DNA of 62,974 nucleotides, filler included, from Collodictyon triciliatum (Eukaryota), in the NCBI GenBank assembly GCA_043381765.1. It is 8 parts of 8 records of this genome, joined end to end, with 100 filler letters (N's around TTAATTAATTAA, not from the genome) between each part and the next. Parts side by side here need not be neighbours in the genome. Positions count along the whole stretch, not along the records: positions 39,421 to 47,231 come from JBHJMP010003751.1; positions 47,332 to 55,098 come from JBHJMP010003752.1; positions 55,199 to 62,974 come from JBHJMP010003753.1; 5 more parts are not named here. One strand, given 5' to 3'. Below, piece after piece: positions 44,681-62,974 of this stretch. The notes below the pieces were generated by a model that saw only the letters and a list, made by a program, of their open reading frames with translations, searched no databases and had not been told where the DNA came from. The position numbers and the translations under genes were made by a program. Numbering within the stretch: the first letter of the stretch is position 1; each line of letters begins with the position of its first letter.

Positions 44681-46293
44681 CGCCATTGCCTACGGCCTGG
44701 ACAAGAAGGCCACCAGCGAGCGCAACGTGCTCATCTTCGACCTGGGCGGAGGCACGTTCGACGTGTCGCTGCTGACCATCGAGGAGGGCATCTTCGAGGT
44801 GAAGGCCACCGCCGGAGACACCCACTTGGGAGGCGAGGACTTTGACAACCGCCTGGTCAACCACTTCCTGGCCGAGTTCAAGCGCAAGCACAAGAAGGAC
44901 ATGAGCGGAAACGCCCGTGCCGTCCGCCGCCTCCGCACCTCCTGCGAGCGCGCCAAGCGCACCCTGTCCTCCAGTGCCAGCGCCAGCATTGAGATCGACG
45001 CTCTGTTCGAGGGCATCGACTTCAACTCGACCATCACCCGCGCCCGCTTCGAGGAGCTGAACGCCGACCTCTTCCGCGGCTGCTTGGACCCCGTTGAGAA
45101 GGTTAGCCCCGCCACACACATGCCCTACTCTATTTTGTGTCCCTCCCCCTCGGCTTAGGGTATGCGGATACCACCCTTGGTGCTACCCATACGAATGTCC
45201 CAGTGATATCATAACCCGTCATGAAGACGACCGCACTCACTCACTCACTCACCACGGCCCTCTGCTAACGCGCCACTGCCCCTCCCTCTGACAGGTGCTC
45301 CGCGACGCCAAGATGGACAAGAAGGCGGTGCACGAGATCGTGCTTGTGGGCGGGTCGACGCGCATCCCGAAGGTGCAGCAGCTGCTGCAGGACTTCTTCA
45401 ACGGCAAGGAGCTGTGCAAGAGCATCAACCCGGACGAGGCGGTGGCGTACGGGGCGGCGGTGCAGGCGGCGATCCTGAGCGGGGAGACGCACGAGAAGGT
45501 GCAGGACCTGCTGCTGCTGGACGTGTCGCCGCTGTCGCTGGGGATCGAGACGGCGGGCGGGGTGATGACGGTGCTGATCAAGCGCAACACGACGGTGCCG
45601 ACCAAGAAGAACCAGACGTTCTCGACGTACGCGGACAACCAGCCGGGCGTGCTTGTGCAGGTCTTTGAGGGCGAGCGTGCGCGCACCAAGGACAACAACC
45701 TGCTGGGCAAGTTCGAGCTGTCGGGCATTGCGCCGGCCCCGCGCGGCGTGCCGCAGATCGAGGTGACGTTCGACATCGACGCCAACGGCATCCTCAACGT
45801 CTCTGCGCAGGACAAGGCGTCCGGGCAGTCGAGCAAGATCACCATCACCAACGACAAGGGCCGCCTCAGCAAGGAGGACATCGAGCGCATGGTCTCGGAC
45901 GCCGAGAAGTACAAGGCCGAGGACGACGTGGCGCGCGAGCGCATCGAGGCCAAGAACGGGCTCGAGAACTACGCCTACTCGATGCGCAACACCGTCCGCG
46001 ACCAGCTGGCCGACAAGATCGAGGCGGGCGACAAGGCCAAGATCGAGGACGCCGTCAACAAGGCCATCGAGTGGCTGGAGGCCAACCAGTCCGCCGAGAA
46101 GGAGGAGTACGAGCACCACCAGAAGGACCTCGAGGCCGTCTGCAACCCCATCATCACAAAGGTCTACCAGCAGGCCGGCGGCGCCCCGGGCGGCTTCCCC
46201 GGCGGTGCGGCTCCCGGCGGCTTCCCGGGCGGCCCCGCTCCCGGCGCCTCCTCCGGCCCTGCCCGCGGCCCAAAGATCGACGAGGTCGACTAA
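43993..46293 (+). CDS. HSP70: Cytosolic Hsp70; exons 43993-44228, 44372-45101, 45295-46293
   Basis: [39 protein letters not shown] repeats and C-terminal KIDEVD. Confidence 0.99.
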
Positions 46294-46911
46294 GCAACGC
46301 CCCTTCTGTATTATTCCCACGCTGCGTGCCCGTCCCTTGTGCTTCCCTGCCCCTGCCCCTGGTGCAGCCCCAACCAGTCTCTCTCTCTCTCTCTCTTTCT
46401 CTTTCTCTCTCTCCCTTATCCTTGTCCCTCCCACTCTTCTCTTTCTGAACTGGATTACACAATACCACAATCACAATCACACAGACAAGTGCATACCCAA
46501 AAGCAAACGTGCAGCCCTTCGGTCCCTGTCTTTGTCATCCTCTTCTCTCCTCTTCTCTTCTCCATGCATCTGCGAGTTTGCCTGAGGCTCGGCAGGACTT
46601 TTTCCCACCCTCTTTCCTGCCGTCCGCCGCCACTGCCGTCGCCGCGGTAGTCCCTGCGTCGGGCTTCGTGGCGCAACAGCCCAATAAACCCATAATCACC
46701 CGAACAACCAGAGCCAATCGCCTCATGCAAAGCTGCCCGGCCGCGATGCTCGCACAACTGTCCATACCATATCTGGTTGGCTGGGCAAGCAAGGCTTCTA
46801 CACGACCCCCAGACGATGCGCTCGGTCGGTAACTCTTCGTGCGGCTGCTGATGGAAACTTTCTTGTTTTGTTTTGTTTTATTTGATGCTACTTCCCTTAC
46901 ACTCCAATGGC

Positions 46912-47178
46912 TTAACTGCTACTTAGATTGTCGCGCTCAATGAGCTCATGAAAGTGTGGGCGGCTGACAGGATTGGCATCCCAGCATCGACCCATCATTT
47001 TGGCTTTTGTCTCATCAACACCGCTGGGTATATCTGGTCGTAGGCCGTCTATCACATCAAATTGCAACAAGAGCGGGTCTCTTCCTTGGTATGGAGTCTC
47101 TCTTGTCTCGATTTCCCACAGCAGAACTCCAAAGCTGTACACATCCGCCTTTTCGTCGTATCTTTTCCCTCGCAAGAC
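46912..47178 (-). CDS. Tyrosine-kinase-like (TKL) protein kinase, last exon
   Basis: Subdomains IX-XI: YDEKADVYSFGVLLWEI..PY..LRPDIP..CWDANPVSRPHF. Confidence 0.9.
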   Translation of the reverse strand, partial: VLRGKRYDEKADVYSFGVLLWEIETRETPYQGRDPLLLQFDVIDGLRPDIPSGVDETKAKMMGRCWDANPVSRPHFHELIERDNLSSS

Positions 47179-47331
47179 CTTTTCAATCGGCACAAGTTAA
47201 GTATTGTTCAAATCGGGTTCCATTCCGAATTNNNNNNNNNNNNNNNNNNNNNNNNNNNNNNNNNNNNNNNNNNNNTTAATTAATTAANNNNNNNNNNNNN
47301 NNNNNNNNNNNNNNNNNNNNNNNNNNNNNNN

Positions 47332-47461
<130 letters not shown>

Positions 47462-47532
47462 CTTATTTTTGCAAGAGATACAACTTTCAATTATGAAATA
47501 TAAGGAACATGGGACCAAATGTTTTAACTTAC

Positions 47533-54785
<7,253 letters not shown>

Positions 54786-55198
54786 CTAATAGAAGGGTTT
54801 GTTACTGTTTGCAACACCCCTCTGTCTGAATGATTTGAGAGGAATAAAAATTACTCTATTAAAATAACACAACATCGCGAGGGGAATATGAAAATGAAAT
54901 TATCACATATCGGATTATACTGTTTTTTTTTCGGGATTTGATATTAATATGTGCAATTAGATTGTTGCAAAAAAATCAGCATCAGAGCAACAACAAAACA
55001 AAAAAAAAAAAAAGGGGGGGGGGGGGGGGTTTTGGGTTTTTTTGCCACCACAATAAAAATATTTTTTTTAAACATTTTCAAATAAAAAGAGAAATAATNN
55101 NNNNNNNNNNNNNNNNNNNNNNNNNNNNNNNNNNNNNNNNNNTTAATTAATTAANNNNNNNNNNNNNNNNNNNNNNNNNNNNNNNNNNNNNNNNNNNN

Positions 55199-55393
55199 GT
55201 ATCTGTATCTGTATCTGTATCTGTATCTGTATCTGTATCTGTATCTGTATCTGTATCTGTATCTGTATCTGTATCTGTATCTGTATCTGTATCTGTATCT
55301 GTATTTGTATCTGTATTTGTATTGTATTGTATTGTATTGTATTGTATTGTATTGTATTGTATTGCATTGCATTGTATTGTATTGTATTGTATT
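55199..55393. repeat. (GTATCT)n grading into (GTATT)n
   Basis: Compound microsatellite at scaffold start. Confidence 0.95.
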
Positions 55394-55442
55394 GATATTT
55401 TCTCCCTTATTGCTCCTCTTATTTGTATAAGGCTCTGGTCAA

Positions 55443-58400
55443 ATGTTCCACTTTTTGACAAGACAAATGGCAAGGACACCGGTTTCTTTAATCCCTCACT
55501 CCGAATTTATCTATGCGTTTCAGCTCTCATTGTGGGACAATATATTTGGTCCAAAAGTCGAACACGTAAGACTGTAACCTAACAATATATATACTTTAGA
55601 CTATAGTTACTATTGGTTGTAAAGATGATATCATTCATTTACCTTTGAGGACTTTATCTGTCCATTCGCATTTTGCAAATAACACATGATACTCTGCAAA
55701 ATCCATACCCTGCTTCTTCTTTTCTTTTCTTCGCTCTTTTTTATTTTTCAATCTGATGATATGATGATGACGTGATGCAGTTGTGGATTCACCAAGGCCC
55801 ACCAGAAAAATCTCTTCTGAGCCAAGTAAGATTCGATAGGAGATTTGCTAGCTTTTAAAGGAAATATGAAATAGATTTTGACAGGTATTCATGATTTTGA
55901 TAGGACACATTTTTGAATAATTTTGTGTTAACGGATGAAATCCAAATGTACATCGCGCGACACGTTTTGGCCGGTGAGATTGTTATGTTCGACAAGCCAG
56001 ACCCAAATGTAGGTCCCTGAGTTAAACCATTTAATCCCCTTTCCTTTCCTTTATTTTGTCTTTGTTGATATCATCTAATAAGAATATTTATTTGTTTATT
56101 AATTTATTTCATCGGCGATAGCGAATCGACTCCAAGTTTCACGTCTTTTCAGACTTACGTATGCTAAAATTGCTTAAATGATGTATTATATAAATGAATC
56201 AACCCCGATAAAATGATATCTCGCGTACATCGATTGAAATATGATTAACGATGGGTTTTCTCAAACAGACTTGATCACCCATTCTCACATATTTACATCC
56301 AATCATCTTGGAAGCGAAACAAAATGTTGCATATCGATACACATGCCGAAGGTACTCATCGCTTTTTTTTTTTTTTTGCTTCAAATGCGAGATGCAGTTT
56401 AAGTAATCGAAGATTGCAGGTTCAAATCAACCTCAAATCCCCTCTGCAAAATCTTTTATGCAATATAGGTAATGATGTCCAAGTATTTGAAGCTCCGCAT
56501 CGTCATTCAAGACCGCCTTGACCAAGCTTGTCGCATAATGAAGGCCATAAAATCAAGGGTTTCTTTCCCCCTCGTTATGTCATCGTATCATCTTATAAAA
56601 GACGCTTGTTATTGACAATAGGAATATATCTTCACTGATGGATGTTGATATCGTGCTTCAATTCATCAGACACATATGATCCATTTTTTTTTTTTATAAT
56701 TCAATTTACACACTTTTCTGTAGCCTGGCCCTCTGATTTCCGCAGATTATCAAAAGGCAATCATGCCAATCATAAGCAACATAAATGTACTTTACAAATC
56801 CAGCTTGAAAGACATTTTGTTTAAAGACACCTTCTTCGCTGACGATGATATCCCTGATGCAGTCAAGCAATTACTGACAAGGTATTTGTCTGTCTCTGCG
56901 ATATTTTTTGTGTTTGATATTTTTCTTCTTTTATACAAATGCTATAAAATTCCCGGACGCTATTCACAACGTGTATTTATCTTGCCATTCGGCATTTTAT
57001 GCAATAGGAGTGTATCATCTCTTTTACAAACGCATTACAATGCTGTTGTGGTGGGCACATCGCCGAGCTTAGTAAACAAGGTGAAAAGGAAGACTATTAT
57101 AATTTGAATAAATCCAAGACGATTTTCATACTTTTTTTTCGCTATTATTACCTCATTATCCCGTCTTAAACCATTTAATCACCGTAGTTCATCGCTACTC
57201 TCGCTCTTTTTCTCGATTCAAACCATCGAGAAATGTCGTCTTTCCACAATACAGAACATAACACATTCGTTCCTGACCTTCATTTGCAAGGAATCGTCCT
57301 CACCGTATGATTCTCCGCTATCTTTTTTTTTCTTTTTAACCTTTCTCAAGTCGTACTATAATATCACGTAGAGGTTTTCCTAATTCGATGACAAATTGTT
57401 TAGAAGGAGACACGGAAGCACTTTGCCACTGTAATTAATTTGTCCGCTAGCCAGAGTTCTGTGGGCAGCACAGCAAACAGCCCGCTGTTGGAAAGCACAA
57501 AGATATCGGATGAAACGCTGATATACTCCATGATGCCTACGACCGTGATTGACATGAGAAAAATGTACAGCTCTGTCAAAAACAATCAATTGGAAACATG
57601 ATATTAATATTTCAACCACAATAATTTTCTTTCATTAGGTACAGGAAAGAAATAAAAATATAATAAAAAATATCACTTTTAATGTGTTTTATCTCCTTTT
57701 TTTTCTACTTCTCCTTCTGTTCCAGGATGATTCGCCGGACGAAGCCGCTTGTTGAATATAGAGAATTTCGTAACGCTGCGCTCCTAAGCGACGTTGGATC
57801 AATAGTCCCACAAAAGGCAGCTTCGCAAGGATTTTCAACTCCGGCATCTACGTCTTCCTTTTCTACACCGACAAGTGTGGTTTTAACTCCGCCAAATTTT
57901 CAAACTGATATCGGGGCACCGTCATCCTTGGAATCGTCCGGCAGTGAACCCGAGCGACAGTTGAAAAGAGTTGCATCCAAGGAATTAGAAATGAAGCCAC
58001 CAGGGTAAGAAATACAAGCTGGAAACTGTTTGCAAATATATTCTTCATATTTCATTTTCGTTATTCGTTTTTTCACATCTAATTGGTTTTTTAATTATTT
58101 TTTTTAATATTTTGAAATTTGCCATTACTCTAAAAAAGCCATTCGAAAAAAAAAATGCACTATCGCTCTTATATCTCGTTTATTCTTAATTTCGAGTAGT
58201 GATGGCCTGCTGACCGATGTTAAAGATGCTGCGCCTAAAGTCGAGTCATTTATGGAGGAGGTAAGACGACGGCTACATTCGTCCCCGATTGCTTGTTTTG
58301 TTGTTATTTGTTTTTTCGTTCTTTCGTTTTTTCGTTTTTTCGTTTTTTCGTTCTTTCGTTTTTTCGTTTTTTCGTTTTTTCGTTTTTTCGTTTTTTCGTT

Positions 58401-59329
58401 TTTTCGTTTTTTCGTTTTTCCGTTTTTCCGTTTTTTCGATTTTTCGTTTTTAAGAAAAAATAATGTATGATTTGTAGTGATTATATGCTAACAATTTTTG
58501 GCCAGGATGACTATGCTTCATCACATGAAATATTCACATTTATTTCACTCATATTCAAGCTTTGGAAGCTACCTGTCGTTCTGAGGCAGCCCTATATATG
58601 TCTGTTTAGCGGGAATCTGACGCGTATTGCTGTACACATGCTCAAATATGTAGATGCCGAATTGTGAGTGTTACATCCCAGATTTTAGTCGTGTTGCCAT
58701 TGCTTTTCCGCCATATCTGGTTTTTGTTACCATTCTCGAATAGCTCATAAGCGCTTCTATTTGCAGAGAGAGAAACATGGCGAAGCGAATGCCAACGCCA
58801 GTCGACCCAAAAATCAAGGAGAAGATAAAGGTATGTTATATTTTTGACACAGGTGCAAACTCACAAATGCTCTTCTTTTCTTTTCTTTTCTTTTCTCTTC
58901 TCTTCTTTTCTTTTCTTTTCTCTTCTTTTCTTTTCTTTTCTTTTCTTTTCTTTTCTCTTCTTTTCTTTTCTTTTCTTTTCTTTTCTTTTCTTTTCTTTTC
59001 TTTTCTTTTCTTTTCTTTTCTTTTCTTTTCTTTTCTTTTCTTTTCTTTTCTTTTCTTCTTCCCTCTTTTATCATGGCTGTGGAATGAGTCAAAGCCAAAA
59101 AAGACGCGCAATCATATAGTCATCTATGCCTATTATGAACCATTTTGTGACGACTGAACTCTCTTTTGCTCTGTTTTATCCACAGACAAAGTTTGAAATC
59201 GCGTCCGAACAGGACTACAACATATATCTTTGTGTCGCAGAGAAAATACGCCGCGGGGCATACACTTCGTTGAGTACAGACCCAGAAGCCTTGGAGGAAA
59301 AGTTTTTAGAGATTTTTAACTCGTTTTAA
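55443..59329 (+). CDS. C9orf72: C9orf72 homologue (DENN-like protein)
   Basis: WDNIFGPKVEH-LW, YIARHVLAGEI, IDSKFHV, SVSSLLQTH..VVVGTSPSLVNK-FIATLALFL, LHLQG, PTTVID, DYNIYLCVAEKIRRG, colinear with known C9orf72 motifs; all GT-AG; start codon uncertain. Confidence 0.9.
58875..59057. repeat. (TTTTC)n intronic repeat; a (TTTTTTCG)-type repeat also lies at 58310-58450
   Basis: Tandem units visible directly. Confidence 0.9.
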
Positions 59330-60402
59330 GTTGTCGACGATATAATAAGTCGACATACACATCAAACATTCATGAGGGAAAATGATGACTTCCCGTGCAT
59401 GAGTGATGAAGTGGCGATGGTGAGATGAAAAAAAAAAATGATACTTTCCGCTGGGATTTCTTTCCAAAGGGGGGGAAAAAAATGCAAAGAGCCTTCTACA
59501 CTTCACGGGAAATGATGTATGGCGTGAAACTTGATATTTCATATCTTCTCTTTGGCAAATGGTGTTTCTTTGCAGCTTCACATTTTGGGCAGAGTATCAA
59601 ATATCTCCTGGAATCAATGGCCTCGAATCTCTTTTCAACGATAAAACATTCATGTACTCTATAATACCACCGACTACAGCAATTCCTTCCACCGAATCGT
59701 GTTATTTCATATTCCTGTTTTCTTTTCATTTTTACTTTCACTTTTTTCCTTCCTTCTCTCTTTCTTGCAAGACCCACAACATAACCACACAAAGAATGGA
59801 GCTAAGCATGAAAATCTTGCCGTGTTCGCTTGAAACGATAGAATGAATAAATAAGTAAACATGAAATCGTCCAACCTAGTACAAGTCATTATTTTTTCCC
59901 ACATTCAATATCAGCACCGACCACGTTAAAAAACAAGAAAAAATAAAATGAGAAAAGAAACGGGGGTNNNNNNNNNNNNNNNNNNNNNNNNNNNNNNNNN
60001 NNNNNNNNNNNNNNNNNNNNNNNNNNNNNNNNNNNNNNNNNNNNNNNNNNNNNNNNNNNNNNNNNNNNNNNNNNNNNNNNNNNNNNNNNNNNNNNNNNNN
60101 NNNNNNNNNNNNNNNNNNNNNNNNNNNNNNNNNNNNNNNNNNNNNNNNNNNNNNNNNNNNNNNNNNNNNNNNNNNNNNNNNNNNNNNNNNNNNNNNNNNN
60201 NNNNNNNNNNNNNNNNNNNNNNNNNNNNNNNNNNNNNNNNNNNNNNNNNNNNNNNNNNNNNNNNNNNNNNNNNNNNNNNNNNNNNNNNNNNNNNNNNNNN
60301 NNNNNNNNNNNNNNNNNNNNNNNNNNNNNNNNNNNNNNNNNNNNNNNNNNNNNNNNNNNNNNNNNNNNNNNNNNNNNNNNNNNNNNNNNNNNNNNNNNNN
60401 NN

Positions 60403-62518
60403 TGTCAGAGCGGTGTGGGGGCCGAGTCGCAAGTAGTGGACACCCTGAACAAATGCAATCGAAATGAAGACGGATGAAGGGAAAAAGAACACAAAGCATA
60501 AAGCCAGCGTTGATGGAAAGAGAGAAGGGGTTGAAGGGGAAAATAAGTAGCTAAATTATTGAAGATGCACGCGCAAACAAAATGTCGCTCGAAAGGTAAG
60601 GATTATGCTCCTACTCACCCATCCCTTGTACAGTGCGAGAAACCCTTCACTTTTGATGGTCTGTTTAAATAAAAAAATAAAAAAAAAGAAGGTTTTAATT
60701 TGGGATGCATAGATATAGGTGAGGAAGAGAAATCATTTTGTATTGCTTTGCAGGGTGTGTTGGAATGAGGATAACAACCTTCAGAGCGCATTGAATGGGG
60801 CCCGAATACAGAGCGCCTTTGGCACCATCTTTGATGTTGACCTTTTGATTGTAGAGCCGAGTTCTAATCACATCGAATGGATTCATCGCCGTGGTCATAA
60901 TAAACCCAGACATTAAACTGGCCCTAGAAACGGCATTTTACTTCTCAAAGTAATCAATTGAATCAACTTGGAAAAATTTGCTTTTACAAGTAGATAAAAG
61001 AATCAAGGAATTAGAAGATAAAGAAAAAAAGAAAACCCCAAGTAGCATTTAATATCGTCTTTCATTCCACTACCGATCAGAAAAGTTTTTGCTTGGTCAT
61101 ATGTTCCGAGCTGGACTCCCGACCCCACACAGACACGCATCGCAGCGGCTGTTCCACCCTGAAGGATGATTGAGATAATAGAGAAATTAAAGATATTAAA
61201 GATATTGAAAAATTGAAGAAAAACCAAAGGTAAAAGGTAAAAGGTAAAAGGTAAAAGGTAAAAGGTAAAAGGTAAAAGGTAAAAGGTAAAAGGTAAAAGG
61301 TAAAAGGTAAAAGGTAAAAGGTAAAAGGTAAAAGGTAAAAGGAAAATGAGGAAAAAGGAAATCAAAAGAATTTGCAAATTAAATCGGCCAAATTACTCGA
61401 TAGAATCCTCGAACTCCTTCATTTCTCCATACAGTTCGGAATGCATCGAATATACCATCATACTTGTATGTGTATCCGAGATTAATACTTTGACTTTGGG
61501 CTTGGAATCGAGTCTAGGATGAGTTAAATATGCCTTTTCAGCTATTTATGATGTACTGTATAATTTTTGATTTAGTCTGCTGTCCGTAGAAGTAAAAACG
61601 AACATGGAGGTATATATCTCGACTGATTATGACCGAATGAGGAGTTAACCTTGATAAGGTCGATGGGACTGGAGACATATGCTGCCATCGTACCTGATAT
61701 CGAACCAGCCAAGCCATTTCTGAGAAAAAGATATGTAGCGTCTGTTGAAAAGCAAAGAATTTTAAATTGAAGCAAAAACTGTTAAGTGAACGATTTTTCT
61801 TCATCTTGCATCTGATTAGTTTAGAGGTATGATTGTATATAATGTTCATAGGCAAATCTCTCACCAGGATTATCTCCACCAAGTAGCTTCTTAACATTTG
61901 GATACAGTCCGAGACGAGTCCCATTGAGTGCAAATTGAGTCATGTATGCCAATCGCAAACTGCAGATAAAAAAGTATAAATTGGCAATAATAATAATTAT
62001 AATAATAATAAATAATTAGTTCATTGAATAATTACGTGATAAAAAATATTGCAAGGTTGAGTGCGCTCAATGAATTTTTTTTATTTTTCTGGTTATTATA
62101 TTTGCGCATACGAAATAACTCTTTGAAATAAATATGCTGGGATATCGTAATTTTAGTGTTTTCTTAACAGCTAAATACAATATCTAGTAGCAAACATGTT
62201 ATTGATAGGTAAAGATATATCGAGAAAGTTTACCCTTTCTGAAGACCGATGACCCCATCTTTCTGGATGATTGATGAAAAGGCATGAAAGACATTTCTAA
62301 TACAGTTTGTCCTCCGGTGAATGGTATGTGCAAAAAAAAAAAGAAAAAAAAAGAGTCAAGTCTTGAATAGATCATTTGACTCATAAAATGGACAATCTAT
62401 TTGTGTGTTAAGTTCATAGGTAGACTTAAAGGTACGCACCGATATTGCCGCTCTGCTGTGAGCTGGAGTTCGCCCTGTAACTGCATTCGTATCTTCACGA
62501 CTTCCAAAGGATTTGTCA
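60403..62518 (-). CDS. Mitochondrial carrier, OAC1/SLC25A34-35-like; both ends missing
   Basis: Three carrier motifs PLEVVKIRMQLQGEL, PIDLIKTRFQ, PFDVIRTRLYNQ; QFALNGTRLG, VGSGVQL and HYLRLGPHT. Confidence 0.9.
61226..61341. repeat. (AAAAGGT)n intronic heptamer repeat
   Basis: About 16 tandem units. Confidence 0.95.
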
Positions 62519-62882
62519 CTAGAGGCATATGTAAAATGAAGGTGTATTTCAATAGAAATATTGCTTCCATAATAATGCAGATACCGGCGCATATAATTGT
62601 AAAGGGTTATAAAAAAAGCACACGAGGGAAGAGAGAGACTTGAGATCAACGACAGATATTAGTTACTTATGACAAAAGAAAATAATTGGTGCTTGAAACA
62701 TAAATTGAGTAAGTCCTTGTAAATGAGAAAACAAAAGGTTCAGAGAGTTTTTTTTTAACGAAGACCAATATGAAACACAATAGCCTTATGAAATAAGGAG
62801 TACTGACACTATGTTATGCATACTACATAATAACAAAATATCACATATCAAGTTGCATGATTAGAAATATCACTATGAAATA

Positions 62883-62974
62883 ATACATACATACATACAT
62901 ACATACATACATACATACATACATACATACATACATACATACATACATACATACATACATACATACATACATAC
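62883..62974. repeat. (TACA)n microsatellite at window end
   Basis: Perfect tetramer run. Confidence 0.95.

Noticed and set aside
43888-46470. Long antisense ORFs over HSP70
   Set aside because: Known by-product of high GC3 codon usage in hsp70 genes
55199-55393. Hexanucleotide repeat upstream of C9orf72 coding exon 1, recalling the human GGGGCC expansion
   Set aside because: Different unit, and microsatellites occur throughout this genome; coincidence
61226-61341. Telomere-like or CRISPR-like arrays
   Set aside because: Spacerless intronic microsatellites; scaffold-end repeats differ from each other and mark assembly breaks

Overview
Eukaryotic DNA from an intron-rich protist (lineage not determinable here). 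The window is not one locus. It is eight unrelated scaffolds of about 7.8 kb joined by artificial 100-bp spacers (44 N + TTAATTAATTAA + 44 N), most ending in microsatellites. Hand splicing (standard code, almost all GT-AG introns) recovers RPL5, a calponin-homology + DUF4062 protein, U2AF65, an extended mitoribosomal S18, Rab8, an unknown multi-exon gene, an LRR membrane receptor, DPH6, a Rab22-like GTPase, a divergent eIF4E, cytosolic HSP70, a TKL kinase tail, a Gly-rich membrane protein, a C9orf72 homologue and an OAC1-like mitochondrial carrier. The most striking unexplained signal is a family of ultra-short insertions, (C)CTTTGAATCGAATAAAG(G) plus an A tail. Each sits in an intron between 11-16 bp target-site duplications; there are 6 clear and 3 degraded copies in both orientations. 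They look like a minimal retroposon made of only a 3' stem-loop and poly(A). Other leads are a Rab intron with no AG acceptor (possibly AT-AC/U12 type), a TAG at a conserved Trp in the LRR receptor, and 13 one-repeat-per-exon LRR cassettes.
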